This document shows positions 38,037 through 53,747 of a stretch of DNA of 64,000 nt, piece after piece. The translations under genes were made by a program, and so were the position numbers. The stretch lies in NCBI GenBank assembly GCA_965649825.1, contig OZ287699.1, forward strand, positions 558,001-622,000, read 5' to 3'. Each line of letters opens with the position of its first letter. The first letter of the stretch is position 1. Under the pieces are notes generated by a model. It made no database searches. It saw only the letters and a program-made list of their open reading frames with translations, and was not told the origin of the DNA. This DNA is from Penicillus capitatus (taxonomy: Eukaryota > Plantae > Chlorophyta).

Positions 38037-39206
38037 TTAGTCTTTGATTGGTATGTTGCGCCAAAACACAGCAAGGGAAGAACCAATGATGGCCATCCAC
38101 ACGACAGATATGGCTGGAATCACACGAACAGCCGGGTCACCAAAGTGCAAAACGGCCAAGAGGAAACTGAAAGCAGAGCTCTTCATCGATGTCTCGATAG
38201 CAGTTGTCCTTGCCACGACTTCATTATAATTGGCGAGTTTGCATGCAAAGTATCCGAGCAGACCACCCGCGAGATGCAAGATCACACAGGCGATCTGCAA
38301 CGACATCCCACCGTTCACAATCTCTGTAGCGCATTTCGCAATGGACGCCCCCACCAGAGCAATGGTCGAAGCAATGCCGACAATGGGACAGAATGGCTCA
38401 ATTTTGCGGCATGTCTTATAGGCAAATGTGTTAAGTGTGACGCCCAAGAAAATCGGCAGCAAGATCACTTGAAAGGTCGATTTTGCAATGCCCCAAGCAT
38501 CGACTGGAATCACAGTCCCCAAAACTTGTTTGCAGATTAGAGGTGTCATGAACAGACATCCCAGTGTTGTGGAGGTCGTCATCAACACCGACAATGCCAC
38601 GTCGCCGCGGGCAATGTATGTACAGAGATTAGAAGCCTGTCCTCCGTTTGTCGCCCCCACCAAGACCAGCCCTGCTATGAATGCAGGATTCATGCCCATC
38701 ATTTTCCCCACGAAAAATCCGAGAGCCGGCATGATACCATAGCATGCAAGAAAATTAATGGCAACCGGTCCAGGTTTCGTCGCAACGCGTTGAAAATCGC
38801 CGATGGTAAGAGTAATACCCATGCTGAGCATCAAAAGCGCCAGAGCTGCAGTAAAGTAATCTGTTGTGAGCCAGAGAAAGAGATCCGGTTTCCACACAGC
38901 AGCAAACGAGGCAACCGTCAGCCAGATCGGAAACAGTGTACAGAATGAGTCACTGGCCGATTTGATCGACGCACCGAAACCCGACCCTCCAGCCGACGGC
39001 GTGGAATCGGCCGAACGCAAACGCGTCTCGTCACGTACCGCCTCGTTGCCGAAGTGTCTTGGAAGGCGGCTCAGTGGCGCGACCTTCGGAAGAGGATGGC
39101 GCTGAAAGGTGGCGCTGCGCGAAGGGAATCGCGTGGATGTTCCTCGAACGGCATGGGTGTTGAGCTTCACCGCCGTTATTCTTTGTGTCGACTGCCCGAG
39201 CAACAT
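38037..39206 (-). CDS. Plastid bile acid:sodium symporter family transporter (BASS)
   Basis: LMLSMGITLT, GLVLVGATNGGQASNLCTYIARGDVALSV, TTAIETSMKSS; intronless. An alternative upstream ATG exists at 39374. Confidence 0.92.
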   Translation of the reverse strand: MLLGQSTQRITAVKLNTHAVRGTSTRFPSRSATFQRHPLPKVAPLSRLPRHFGNEAVRDETRLRSADSTPSAGGSGFGASIKSASDSFCTLFPIWLTVASFAAVWKPDLFLWLTTDYFTAALALLMLSMGITLTIGDFQRVATKPGPVAINFLACYGIMPALGFFVGKMMGMNPAFIAGLVLVGATNGGQASNLCTYIARGDVALSVLMTTSTTLGCLFMTPLICKQVLGTVIPVDAWGIAKSTFQVILLPIFLGVTLNTFAYKTCRKIEPFCPIVGIASTIALVGASIAKCATEIVNGGMSLQIACVILHLAGGLLGYFACKLANYNEVVARTTAIETSMKSSAFSFLLAVLHFGDPAVRVIPAISVVWMAIIGSSLAVFWRNIPIKD

Positions 39207-39324
39207 AGCGCGACCTTGTGCGTTCTTCAAACCTCTCTTCCAGGTTGAGAACTGTACGACAGAGCGAAGAATTTCCTTGCACGGTGGTGTTGAAGGGAAA
39301 AGCGCGACGCCACGTGCGTTTGGA

Positions 39325-40633
39325 ATGTCCACCCGCGAGCAATTGAAGAAAGCGCGGACGTTGCTCGATACCATTCCTGCAAGGGCGTACTACGAAGTCC
39401 CAGGAAAAGCCGACGTTCTCTATGAACTGCGCGATTATGCACAAGAGTCGCAACGCGGTGCCGATATCGCCCGACAAGAACTGTCATTTCTGTTCAAACC
39501 ATTTGAAGTGGGTCAGAAACCGCCTCCAACCAAAGGACAAGAACCTCCATTTGGCCGAGAGCCCACCATTCATGAGTATCTCGACTGGACAGTGACAGCT
39601 GCATCCAATCTCGAATCCCTTGTGAACATCATCGCTCATCTGTGCGGATCCATCTTATGCTTGCGTTTATCAATTCCTTAGGACTTTTCAGGATTTCGTG
39701 TCCTGACATTGCTCCCACGGTATCGTCCCTTGTGGCCGCCACCGACGGGGGAAGAACGAGAAGATCCCCCATTACCTGCTCAGGTGTGTCTGGGCGCCCC
39801 CAAGGAATCTATTCCTTTGCTGATGCCATGTGGACGACCAATTTCGGCCACGACTATTCGCTGCGGCACCGACTACATCGAAGTGCCGTTCTTTGCGACG
39901 AAGCCGTCGGCACGTGGCAAAGGAAATGGCAAAGCGTTGCTCTATGCCATCGAAGATATCTGCCGGTATGCCTCGGATCTTCGGCCTGGCCGAATGCGAG
40001 GTGTTGTGACATATGTGCAGGTTTTTGGGACTGTCCAAGATTTTACTCTGCTCGACGGATGATGCTGTGACCATCAGCACTTGGCAACATCTAGGATTTC
40101 GCCATACCATGGCGCATGAATTGGCAGAGTGGGATATCGCGCCGACGGATCTTGTGCACATGACCAATACAGTGCAGATGGTGAAGTTCATTGCGGAGAT
40201 GCCGCAGTGGAAATCTTTCCGCGTTCAGCATCAAGGCTTCGATCAGCGCCTGTATTACCTGCCTGCTTCATCGCACACAAAACAGCCCCTCACCAAAAAA
40301 CGAAAAGAAACACAGTCAGAGGACGGTGCATCGCCTCTTGTCAAGGCACTTTCTCCCAATGTATATCTATCTATCTCTCCAACGAGCATGGCCTAGGCGA
40401 CTCGCATAGAGCTGTCGGATGAGACACAGCAGAAAAGGGCAGAGAATGATGTCCCGGCTGATACCACACAGAGCATCGCTGTTTTGGAGGATAGTCAGAT
40501 CGATGTATCAGTGAAGAGTGGAAAAGATATGCAAGGGACACCAGAGAGCGACAGGAATAACATCATTGAGCAGCCTTTACAGACACAGAAGGCCGTTGAA
40601 TCGTCAGGGAACCCATGTAACGAATTTGGCTGA
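39325..40633 (+). CDS. GNAT acetyltransferase (IDM1-like C-terminal acetyltransferase domain)
   Basis: EVPFFATKPSARGKGNGKALLYAIE (acetyl-CoA binding motif A), ILLCSTDDAVTISTWQHLGF; multi-exon. Confidence 0.75.
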
Positions 40634-40714
40634 TCGCCGTAGGCAACGCTCTGGGCTGCGCCCTGTGTTTCTGCAGCAAGTTATATGCTAACCGAGAACA
40701 ATACTGGCAATACG

Positions 40715-42834
40715 ATGGACTCAATGAACGCTCCTCGTAATTTGATCATTTATTACAGAACGATCCCATCGATTCGGTGCAGGAACGATGGTGACGCGAG
40801 AGGTGGATCGAGAGCGACCGTCTTCCGGAAAAGTGCACCAGCTGTTACGCGGGGCGGAATTCTGGAGAAGAGCCACAGGTGCGTGCGATCGAAGAGAACG
40901 TTCAGCAAGATTCTGAAGGACAGGGATCTATCTAAGCTACAAGGTGACCCAAGCCAGGGCATCCTGTATGCGCCTACTCGGGCGCAACGAAGAGAGCATT
41001 ACGGAATGGATATGGAAACCACATAACGAAGCTACTGGACAACGGATGTATGATCTGTGTGTTGATTTGAGAGGTTTCTACCTGAAGGCAGAGGCTTCCT
41101 ACGAGATGCATGGCTCAGATGCGGATATTCTTAGGGCGGTCAGTTTTTGGGCACACGAGCAGACTTCATTCCTCAAGAGATATGCACTCAGTTATCCAGG
41201 CTGCATGATCAAGTGATCTACGGCATGGATATCGTCGACTGCAATATGTCGATCAGGTGCCCCCTATGCCACGAAGGCAGGTGGAGGATTTGCTGAAAAG
41301 AGAACTGGATGTCGATGATCTCTCGGATGTCTTCTCGGAGATCGATTTGGACACTCCGTTGGGCTCGGCCTCCATTGCACAAGTTGGCGGCGGCGCAAGG
41401 TGGTGCCTTTTGGGAAGATCCCTGTCTGTAGGTGCACAAGGGACGGCTACGAACGCGATCTGTGCCGCCTCTCTATCGCTTCTGTTCTTTGTTTGAACAT
41501 CGCCGGCATCAGCCTTACTATGTACATGATGGTGAACAGGCATGGGATATCTGTAATAAGTTCGGTGTCAGTTATCCAGAACTCAAGCGCGCCAACAAAG
41601 GCAGGGTGCCTCTCACTCTTTCTTATCGCCACCAGTGTCTGTAGGTGTGAATCTGACGGAAATACAGAAAGGTGCACGGCTACGAGTTCCGATCGTTAAG
41701 CTCACGAGAGGCGACCATCGTCAAGAGAACAGTGGGATGCTTTCCATAGCAATCTCTGTGGTGACATATCTCCATCGTGTAGGCTTTACAGGACAAAGGC
41801 GTATCGATGCTGCAGAGCGTGCCATGTTGCGGAGGGATCGCCCCACAGATGGCAGAGTCGCCATCAAAGTGCAGTACCCCGATGCTCTTGAAATCATGAA
41901 ACAAGATTTAGGGAATCTCCGCAAATGGGCCGCTTTTCTCTCAAAAACAGAAATTCAATTCGATCTGGTCTCTGCCGTGAGTGAACTGAGGAAACAGATC
42001 GAATTCGAGTTTGATTTCACCAGAGAGGCACGTGTGATGGATGCCATCTACATGGCACTGCAACCCATCAGTAAACGCGTGGCTGTGCCTCAAAGCATTC
42101 CTGGACTTGTAACCAGGCAGATGCTCATCATGTCTTATATGGATGGCATTCCGCTCAGAAACTTGTCTGAGAAAACGGCTTCCCTCTCACCCAGAAAGCG
42201 AAGAGCGGCCAAAGAACAGATTCTCCGTCGTCTTTGCGAAGCCTACGGCAGGATGATCTTTGGTGAAGGCCTGTTTCAGGCAGATGGACATCCAGGCAAC
42301 ATCCTGGTGCAAAGGGGGGCCAGAATTGCTCTCCTGGACTATGGCCAGTCAAAGAAACTGACATCTGACGAAGTCCAGAAGCTCAGTCAACTCATCGTCG
42401 CCATTACCAAGTCTGGCATTCCTGCAGCATTTGCACGACAGCTATGCTTAACCATGCAACAGGGATGACGATTCCGCCATCAGCGATGCCCTGGATGCAA
42501 TGGGGATTGTCATGGAGTCAGATGATTTGGCATTGAAGCGGAAAATGGCAGTCAATATGTTCGACACAAGAGGCAGAGTGGATCCCTTTGCCGAAGACTC
42601 TCCGTTGAAACAGAGCGCCATAACAAGCTTCCCTTCTGATCTCTTCTTTGTTCTGAGAGTCGTGCAGCTCATTCGTGGAATGAAGCAAGGAATGGAAGTA
42701 CGTATGATGCCCTCTCTCCCTTCTCACACGATCGGGTTTTCTAACTGGGCACGTCTTAGGTGGATTCAAACTTTAGTTCGGCCAAACTGTGGAGCAAAGA
42801 TGCAGGACGTGCTATACGTGCACTTTCCAGATAA
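40715..42834 (+). CDS. ABC1/UbiB atypical kinase with inserted LysM domain
   Basis: LRGFYLKGGQFLGTRADF, PLGSASIAQVHKGRL, VAIKVQYP, EFDFTREA, FQADGHPGNIL, LLDYGQ; LysM-like segment between VHKGRL and VAIKVQYP. Confidence 0.9.
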
Positions 42835-43366
42835 CTGAGAGTGATTTGCACCTACAATAATCAGTGAGAGCCAGAGACGCGATAATCATATCTTGCCGTC
42901 TTGTTCTCGGCTGGAATCTCTCTTTTTGGGGATGACAGACCACACATGACGAATTCTCATTCTCCTCTTTCGGGTATATGGCAGACAGACCATATCAGAG
43001 TCAATACTTGTGTGATGCGTGAAGATAGCCATCGCTTTTTGAAAACGAGTACTTATCCATGTATGGGATGGACATCACAAGTAAACTATGGATTATCACT
43101 TGCTGTCGGATAGAGACGAGGGGAGGAAGCTTATCAATCGTGGCATTGATCTCACTATCGTCGTTTGGGCAAAAGGTAAGCCCTTGCTCACCAAGTACAC
43201 GAAGTCACGTGCGTGCGTTCTAATCTTCTGGGTACTCCATATGCATTTTAATGTTGACATGAACGCGCGAAGAACACGCGCGATTCCTATGCCCTGCACA
43301 CGCCTTAGCAGTTGTAGATTTGACTGACGCGAACTGGACATATCATTCCACTCGGAGCGACGCATC

Positions 43367-43775
43367 ATGAGTTTGGAAATCTCGCTGGAACAGCTTTCTC
43401 AATACCGCGGCGAGGGCTCGTCCGACGTTTACGTCGCCATCAAAGGCATTGTCTACAACGTTACACCGGCCAGTGAATTCTATGGACCGGGTCAGTATCG
43501 TCACGTCCCCTCTTCCCCATTATCTCATGTCGTCGTTGGCAGGTGGAAGCTACCATGTCTTTGCAGGGCGTGAATGTGCACGTGCCCTGGCATTGATGAA
43601 ACTCGAAGCTGAATTCTGCAATGATGATCTGGAGGATCTCGAAGAGAAGAATCTGAAGATCCTGGATGACTGGATTAAGCGATTCAACGACAAGTATGCG
43701 ATCGTCGGCAAGGTATGTGCCTTCATGGATCGGACCATGTGTTCAAATTGCTGTCGCTGTCAGATTGTAAAATGA
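43367..43775 (+). CDS. Cytochrome b5-like heme/steroid-binding protein (MAPR family)
   Basis: VYVAIKGIVYNVT...FYGPG, YHVFAGRECARALA, LDDWIKRFNDKYAIVG. Confidence 0.9.
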
Positions 43776-43806
43776 TAAAACAGTGTCTATGAGACGTAAG
43801 AAAAGG

Positions 43807-45532
43807 TTACGACGACAAAATCGTGTCTTTGGACAAGTGACTGTGTTGTTGTGTGACCTCTGCGTTTGTGAATGGATCACTGCCCGCTTCGAACACGGCA
43901 GCCGCACCCATGCCGGATCCAACACACATAGATACGATGCCATAACGTGCGGCACGTCCTCGGCGTCGCATCTCGTGGAGCAGTGTGGCCGTGCATCGTG
44001 CACCCGTCATTCCCAAAGGATGTCCCAAAGCGATGGCACCTCCATTGACGTTGACCTTGGCTTCGTCAATGCCGAGCTTCTTGATACAGTAAGTAGCTTG
44101 AGAGGCGAAGGCTTCGTTGATTTCGAATAAGTCGATATCGTCGATCTGAAGCGATGCTTTGCGGAGAGCGACGGGAATGGCAACGGCAGGTCCAATACCC
44201 ATGATGGCCGGATCCACACCCACAGCAGCAAAACTGCGAAAGACTCCAAGAATCGGCAAGCGACGCTGCAACGCCTCGCGCCTTGTCATCAGCAAAACAG
44301 CCGATGCGCCGTCCGTCACCTGAGCCATGCGACATTGCAGTAGCATACGGCGCTCTTCTCGTTCGCACCTGCGATGAATTGCCTGCAGTGGTCGAACCGT
44401 TTTCTTTGAAGGCTGGTGGCAGTCGGGACAATGAAGCCACGTTACTGTTTGCTCGAATGCCATCATCTTGGCGCACAACGACGTCCGATTGCGTTTTTGT
44501 CTTTGGATCTTTCACCTACACCACATCAACCATCATCCCTCTTGGCGCTCCGAATGCATGCATCACGACACACTTTTGTGCGAACAGAAACGATCTCTGC
44601 ATCGAATCTTCCTTCTTGCTGTGCGGCGGCCGCCTTTTTGTGGGACCTGACAGCAAAGACGTCTTGTATCTTACGGCTCACTCCAAATCGTTCTGCGACG
44701 TTTTCTGACGTGATCCCTATCATAGTTCAATGCCCCTGTTATCGTTTCGTTGAAATGAATAGAGCGACGCACCCATTGGCATGAGGCAACTCTGTGTGTG
44801 CGCCATGGTCTGAATGCGAGGGTTGACACCTCCTTCCCACGTCATAGGATTTCGGCTCATGGTCTCCACGCCACCAGCGATAGCAACACTATAGTACCCA
44901 GCCTTGATGCTGGCAACGACGGTGGCAATGGCTTGCAGTCCCGAAGAGCACTGCCTGTATGACAGCAACCGAGAAGACATTGGTGATGACAGACAGTAGA
45001 ACGTGACATAACGGAAGACCTGTTGACTGTATGTACAGGGACGGTTTCAGGAAATCCAGCAAAGAAAGCACCGATACGCACTTCGTTTGCGCGTTGCGTT
45101 GAAGAACCAAGCACACTGCCAAACACGATATCTCCCACATCCTGTCATCCATATTGATGTGACATCTTGGCTGTGGTGGGTTGAATGTACCTCAGGACGG
45201 ATGCCAGTCTGATCAAGGACAGCTTTTAAGACAGTGGCACAGAGGTCGTCAGCTGATGTGTCCTTCAGTCCTCCGCGACGTGCCTACAGAGAACGGACTG
45301 GAGATCATATAGAGAGAGGGCGCCTGTCCAATCATGCTTTGGTCATCGGCGTTCGAACGGCACAAACAACGACGACATCGTCGAGACTGGGGCCCATTCT
45401 TGTGTATCCGGATGCATCACCAACTGCCATCTGTTGTGCCTAAAGTACAGAGACGGTTTGAAGGAGAGAAGAGATCGCAGACAGTGGCCGGACAGGAACG
45501 ACATGCTGTGCGATTTTGCCCAATCGGTCCAT
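43807..45532 (-). CDS. Peroxisomal 3-ketoacyl-CoA thiolase
   Basis: PTS2-like RLGKIAQHV at the N-terminus, NRQCSSGLQA, FEINEAFASQ, NGGAIALGHPLG, SMCVGSGMGAA. Confidence 0.93.
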
Positions 45533-45769
45533 AGCGATTCCTCGAACCCGGCTTCACCAATGATGACCAATAAAGATGTCAGCACCGATGCGTTGACTGC
45601 TGCGTGAACACGTCAGCAGTTATCGGAGAACGCTGACGCTGACGACGGTGCTGTATGTGATGTGACGTGCCTCAAGTGTCAGCCGATGTCCGTGCAGTGA
45701 TGGGACGTCCAGCGATGTACCTGCTTCCTTCTTATTGAGGCTTTGCGGAACGGGGCCGGCGGATAAGAC

Positions 45770-46994
45770 ATGTTGCGGATGGCCCTGTCTTCTATAAGCG
45801 TCTTCCTCGCGGTGATACTGACTGGCGAAGTTTTGTTGGCAGAGACGATATCAAGTGACGTCTGTGCACACCACGGTGGTCTGTTCGATTCTTTGGAACT
45901 CCCTCGTCTGTGCCCTCGACTGAACGCCAGCAGTACAGTCTCCTGCAAAAGCCATTCTCCCATGGACTGTTTTTGACAGAAAGTGGACGGGTCCGTAAGC
46001 GACCCGTCGTCAAGTCCATCGTCAGACAGGATGCGCTTTGGCATTGCATGAGAGACCCAGTGGAGAGAACGGCGATTAGAGAGCATGGATCTCTGCCTGC
46101 GTCAAGCACATCATATTCTCTGTACTCTTTGAGACCAGAGAGCTGGTCATTGCGCACGCCATCCAACGTTCTCGACACCAACAACCCTCGACAGAAACGC
46201 GAGCAAGATCGAGGGGGTGTTGACGTCCAGAATGTGGCCTCTTCGACATCGCCCTTGAATCCACTCTTCTTGCGACTGTCATGGGTACGCTCTCCTGCCA
46301 GTCTCTGAATGTGACCATCCATGGTCGATCTCTGTCTCCAGGTCTTATCCGCCGTCACAGCACCTCTTCTTTTTTTGGCATTTTTCTACGCTCTAAAATC
46401 GCATTTAATGAGTAGACGGGTGGTGTACGTCTTGACGAATAGAAGAGAGGGGGTCTCTTTGCTCCATCCGCACAGAACTGGAACGATACGGTAAATACAT
46501 CAGCGTCTGATCGATCATATATGTCGACGGTGTGGCTTTGCTAAGGTGGGTAGATCGTGGGATGCAAAGTGGAGTGAGTCATCTCTCTGGCCATACGAGT
46601 CGGCATCTACTTGATGAAGATTTCGACATGTGTACCTGCAGCAGCGAAGGCCTCTCTGATTACGAAATTGCTGCCATTCCTATCGAGACACACGTCTCAT
46701 GTCGTTCGGGGTATCGAATCCCCAGTGAATCCTGTTCCATTTGCCTCGAGGGGCTGAATGATGGAGACCGTATTAAGCAATTGCCACTATGCAAGCACAG
46801 CTTTCATCCGGAGTGCATTGATTCCTGGTTGCATCGAAGGTGCATCTCCTTCCCTCTACGACACCGAAGACAAACAGATTGTGTGCTATGTATTCAGTGC
46901 GACATGTCCCTTGTGCCGTCGCTCTATCTCAGAGCGAAGAACGGTACGTAAAAGGACAGCCGTGGTGAGGATTTCCCAGGCATCCCAAACCTAA
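45770..46994 (+). CDS. Transmembrane RING-H2 E3 ligase (ATL-like)
   Basis: Signal-like N-terminus, TM segment (WVLSAVTAPLLFLAFFYAL), CSICLEGLNDGDRIKQLPLCKHSFHPECIDSWL...TCPLCR. 5' exons are tentative. Confidence 0.75.
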
Positions 46995-47187
46995 AAACCT
47001 CTTCCCCTTGTTGCCGAAATATCCCATTTTTCGGATGCCCACAGACGCACTGTCGCTCTGTGAGAGCTGTTTCCGTTACAGATGCATGTGCTGAATAGCG
47101 CGCCGCTCTTCAATGCGTCCTGCATCCCAACCCCCTTCCTGTCTGCATTCCCTCATCGATGCTGTCGTTACTGTCTTGCGATCAGAG

Positions 47188-48037
47188 ATGGCGGCTGTCT
47201 CGATCGTGTCCGATCTCGAAACGTCATGGACTGGCATCGCCTGTCCGCGTCAAATGTGCCACGGTGAGCATGCACGACGGATCGTCTCCGAAGATCGCCG
47301 TCTGCCTTGCGCCTTGCCACGACTGACGCGATGGCATCGACGCTGTGCTCGAACAAACGACCGTTGTTATCCGCAACTCACAAAAACGCACAGGATAGCA
47401 TCTTATGTCGTCAATAGCGCTGCTCCTGGTGTCTATCCGCTCTTCGCTGCATCGCTGATCTACGTTGTTCCGTTCTACACCATGGTATACATTCTCAAAC
47501 AATGCTGCTTGCTTTCTTTCCCTATCTAGATGATCGTCTTTCCGCATTTTCCTCGGACCCGCAAGATCCTCTCCTCTTCTCGAGTCCTGCTGCCACTCGT
47601 GGTCGCTTATGCCTATCTCCTTGCCGCTTCTTGGCAGCCAGACACTCTTCACCTCATGATGCCTGGAGATATGCGAGAGGGATTCAAAGGTTCGCATTGC
47701 TGTCTTCCTAGACGTACAAAATACCTGCGTGGTCCTTTTTGCTGTTCCAGGATTCCATCCTCAGTTCTTCCCGAGACTCGACGCCATACAGATTCTCTTC
47801 TCCCGCCTGACAACTGCTGCCAGTCTTTGGGTGCACATCGTCGCTGTGAATTTCGTCATTGCACGAAATCTCTTTCTAGATGGTCCATCAACGAAATATG
47901 ATTTCCCATCTTGATGGTATGCGTGATCTGTAGGTCTCGTCAAACGAATCCCGACAAGGCATTCCTGTTTCCTTGCCATGTTCGCGGGTCCTCTAGCGAT
48001 TCTCAGTGCAACCATTACAGAAATGTTCAGGTCCTGA
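47188..48037 (+). CDS. ABA4-like / DUF4281 plastid membrane protein
   Basis: YVVPFYTMV|IVFPHFPRTRKIL, AYAYLLAASWQPDTL, LFSRLTTAASLWVHIVAVNFVIAR, HSCFLAMFAGPL. Confidence 0.82.
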
Positions 48038-48064
48038 GGATAGATAACATCAAGGGCATGCATG

Positions 48065-48739
48065 TTACATGCGCCCCCGCATCCTTCTCATAAATCCGTT
48101 AAACCAACTCTCTGGTTTTGTCGCCCTTTTCTCATTTTCATTCCTGTTATCAGAAGAACTGGCTGTCACATCCGTTTCTTTGGCGTAGATCTCGGCGTTC
48201 TGCACCACACGGTCATGTTCTGCGGCGAAGTGGTGAGAGGGTGGTGCCTTGAAAGGACGGGTTTGGTTTGCAATGAAATCTGCCTCGGCAGCCGCCTGTC
48301 GGGCTTCGGAGAGACTACAGTCCATGAACGTACCCAAAAACTGATCTCCCACAAACTGTCCCTCCTGAATCAGGAATTCTCCATCCGCCTTACGGGAGAT
48401 TCGCACACCGCATCCTTCCATCTGATTCTTGCACCACTGACCTCGATAGATACTACTGATTCTCCGTCACCTCTTCGATCGACTTAACCAAGAACCCACT
48501 CACGTTTCGCCCTTCCACACGTAGACACCATATCCATTCATGTCGCCATTTTGAAACTCTCCTTCGTAGCGATCGCCATTCGGATGCCGCAACACGCCCA
48601 GTCCGTGACATCTCTTATCATGGATCTGCCCATCGTATCTGCCAAATGTCCTTGAGCAGCTGAAGAGGACGTAAAGGACATACACTGTTTACCGTGATGC
48701 ATCTCGCCATTGGAGGGCTTTCCATTTTGCGTTCGCCAT
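48065..48739 (-). CDS. MORN-repeat protein
   Basis: YDGQIHDKRCHGLG, YEGEFQNGDMNGYG, YRGQWCKNQMEGCG after splicing. Confidence 0.85.
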
Positions 48740-48801
48740 CAAACCGCATTCATACCGTGCGTCTTTGTTAATCGTGTGGCTCTTCGATTGTGGAGCGGAT
48801 C

Positions 48802-51243
<2,442 letters not shown>

Positions 51244-51411
51244 GTTCACAGAATGTCGCTGTTTTTTGTGAAACGCGATTGCCTCCAATCTTCGGAGTTG
51301 AGATTTCGCTAAGGGAACACCCTTCTCCGACAGGCTTTTCTGCCTTCGTTACAAACGCTCTACCCAGTTTTCAATGCACGATATCATACAAACGGTGCCA
51401 ACAATGTCATG

Positions 51412-53747
51412 TCAAGCATCTGTTGTCTGCTTCTCAAATATATAGACAGAATCACTCTGGTCACACGTACAGAGGCACATCTCGTGATCGACGTAAGCGA
51501 TCTGCAATTGCTGTTGGCTTCTCGAACGAATCAGATCGAAGAGTGCTTCTGGAATGAGGCCCTGAGCCATCTGTATGAAAGGACTTGCTCTATACGACAA
51601 AGCACCCATGACAGTTGCCAATGGTCCGTTCCACAGAGTAAGCGGCAGATCCACCGCTAGGAACTCAATTCTGTCAGGGATGCTCATTTTGGAAAAGTCA
51701 ATCGAGGTCAGAATCTGAGGAAGATGCACTCTGACCTCTCTACTTGGTGAGACATGTTCAAGGCGAAGCTCTTTCTCGCTAGAAGTGACGAACTGTGCTA
51801 TTGATCTCTCGCCATTCTTATTCTTGAAGTTCTGGGAGTGAATGGTCACCTAAAATGTCACCGATCATGAAAATGGTTCCACACGGCAAACGATTCCCAC
51901 ACTGCTGTAACAGACGTGCGTTTCGCCATTGACATGCAGCAAGATGTTCACATGGTTGACGAGGAATGCCGAGAATAGCGTTTTTCTGAGTCGTTGTACA
52001 AGGCTATCCGATGAATACCGAAGTCTCCAGACTCCACACAGCAACGAGAGAATCTGTGCCTGCTGGAATCTGATCAACGCTGTCCTTGATGTGACAGTTC
52101 AGCACCTGTGCGTCTGTGTCTTGCTTCAACGCATGCGATCGTGCAAGCGCATGAACGATCTCGGCGAGATCTTCATGGTCGACCGTCTTCTGAGATAGCA
52201 GAAGGAGCAACGAGCCCTTCAATGTTGCAACGTCCTGTTTGCGATGCCCTGCTGGTGGACGAATGCTGTCAGGATCGTGTGGGGGAGAAGACGGCGCCGC
52301 TCTCTGGGCTGCCGTTTCTGATGGACGATTTCCTTCTGGGCGTTGATACGTCGCTGCAGCAGTTTCGACCGTTACTTCATTAGCCACGGACTTCTTTCGA
52401 AGATCCGTGGCCAACAGCAATTCATTCTCGGTCGATTTCGGGTCGTGCTCGATGATGGACGGCAAGATGGTGGATGCAATGTCTTTCGAAAGAAGGCTCT
52501 GTTTCTTCAGGCGGTATGACAGCGACGGGCTCTTCTGCAATTCCGTCACGTCTTGCTTTCCTCTATCTGATCCGCTTTCTGGCGGCGCCTTGTCATCTGT
52601 TTGTGCAGCAGATTCGGCAATGTCGTCCAAAGTACCATCACTGTTCGTCATCTCTACATCTAAATCGGTTGCTGTTATCGTGGAGGCGCTGATCATTTCC
52701 TCAGCACTGGCACTCTCTCCTGCACCGGTGCCCGTCCCGTCTTCCCCTTGTTCTCTCTCCTGGGTTATGTATGCAACGGCGTCGAACAAGACGCTCTCTG
52801 TCGAATAGTTGTCGAGGATTGTCGTATCGACCACTGGAGGCACGAGTGATCGCAACACAGGTACGTTCCCCTCTGGCACATGCACTTGTCGCTGACGGTC
52901 ACCACTATCGGCATCTGTCTGCACATCCTCCTCCAACGGAGTTCGAGGCGATATATAGCCATGCTCTCGTCTGATGACGTCCGTTGATGCGATTCTATCG
53001 CTCGGATCCTTTGCAGACGGTTTGGCGTTTTGAGTATCCGATAGGACGACGCCCGGATCTGTATTGCTGTCGACGGATGGCTGTTGTCGAACAGTGCCCA
53101 CCTGCAGCACCGGCTTGGAATTGTTAGATTCGACGTCGGATATCGTCTTCTCGGATAGGTCGTCGACCATAGGCCCCTCCATCTCAGCGATGACGCTTGA
53201 TGTATACTTTAACGAGAGGCTGTCTGGCGTCAAGTCGCGTTTGCTTTCTTGATCGGTCATAGAAGTGCGAACGGCGTTCGCTTTTGCACCTGTCACTTGT
53301 GTGTCGTCTGCTCGATTCGATAGCAGAAGTGGACGTCTCGACGGCGTCCAGTCGTCACTTTTGGGTCCATCCGCGACGGCATCCGTTCCAGTATGCGTCT
53401 TTGTCGTCTCCAAGGAAGTCGCATAGGAATGGGCGTTGACGGCTGCTGAGATCGTCGCAGTGAACTGCAGAAAACCAGCGAACCAGCGTCTGACAAAAAT
53501 CAGCCGGTCATGCAGTGCCTAAGAACAGTGCTTTAGTATCCGCGCAAAGACGCCGACGCACTCTTCTTCGTCCGCAAAACAACAAGAACCACGCCAAAAC
53601 GAATGCTGCCATGTATGCCACCACACCATCCTGCATCCAGGTTGCCACCTCCGCCGTACAAGCTTCGTCATGTTCAGCGACCATCGTTTTGTCCGTCTTT
53701 AGTTCGTGTTCGACCATTGGCGCATCCATCTCGTGGAGAAGCGACAC
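51412..53747 (-). CDS. Hypothetical membrane-anchored low-complexity protein
   Basis: N-terminal TM (VVAYMAAFVLAWFLLFC), a 469-codon acidic Ser/Thr-rich frame and a further 3' exon; joins are tentative. Confidence 0.5.

Noticed and set aside
39207-39374. Head-to-head overlap of BASS and GNAT coding regions
   Set aside because: It depends on the first ATG of the BASS ORF. The ATG at 39206 gives a normal transit peptide with no overlap.
46486-46500. TGGAACGATAC resembling U6 snRNA (also CCCTGCGCAAG near 33885)
   Set aside because: Isolated 11-mers with no flanking U6 sequence; the first is inside a coding exon.
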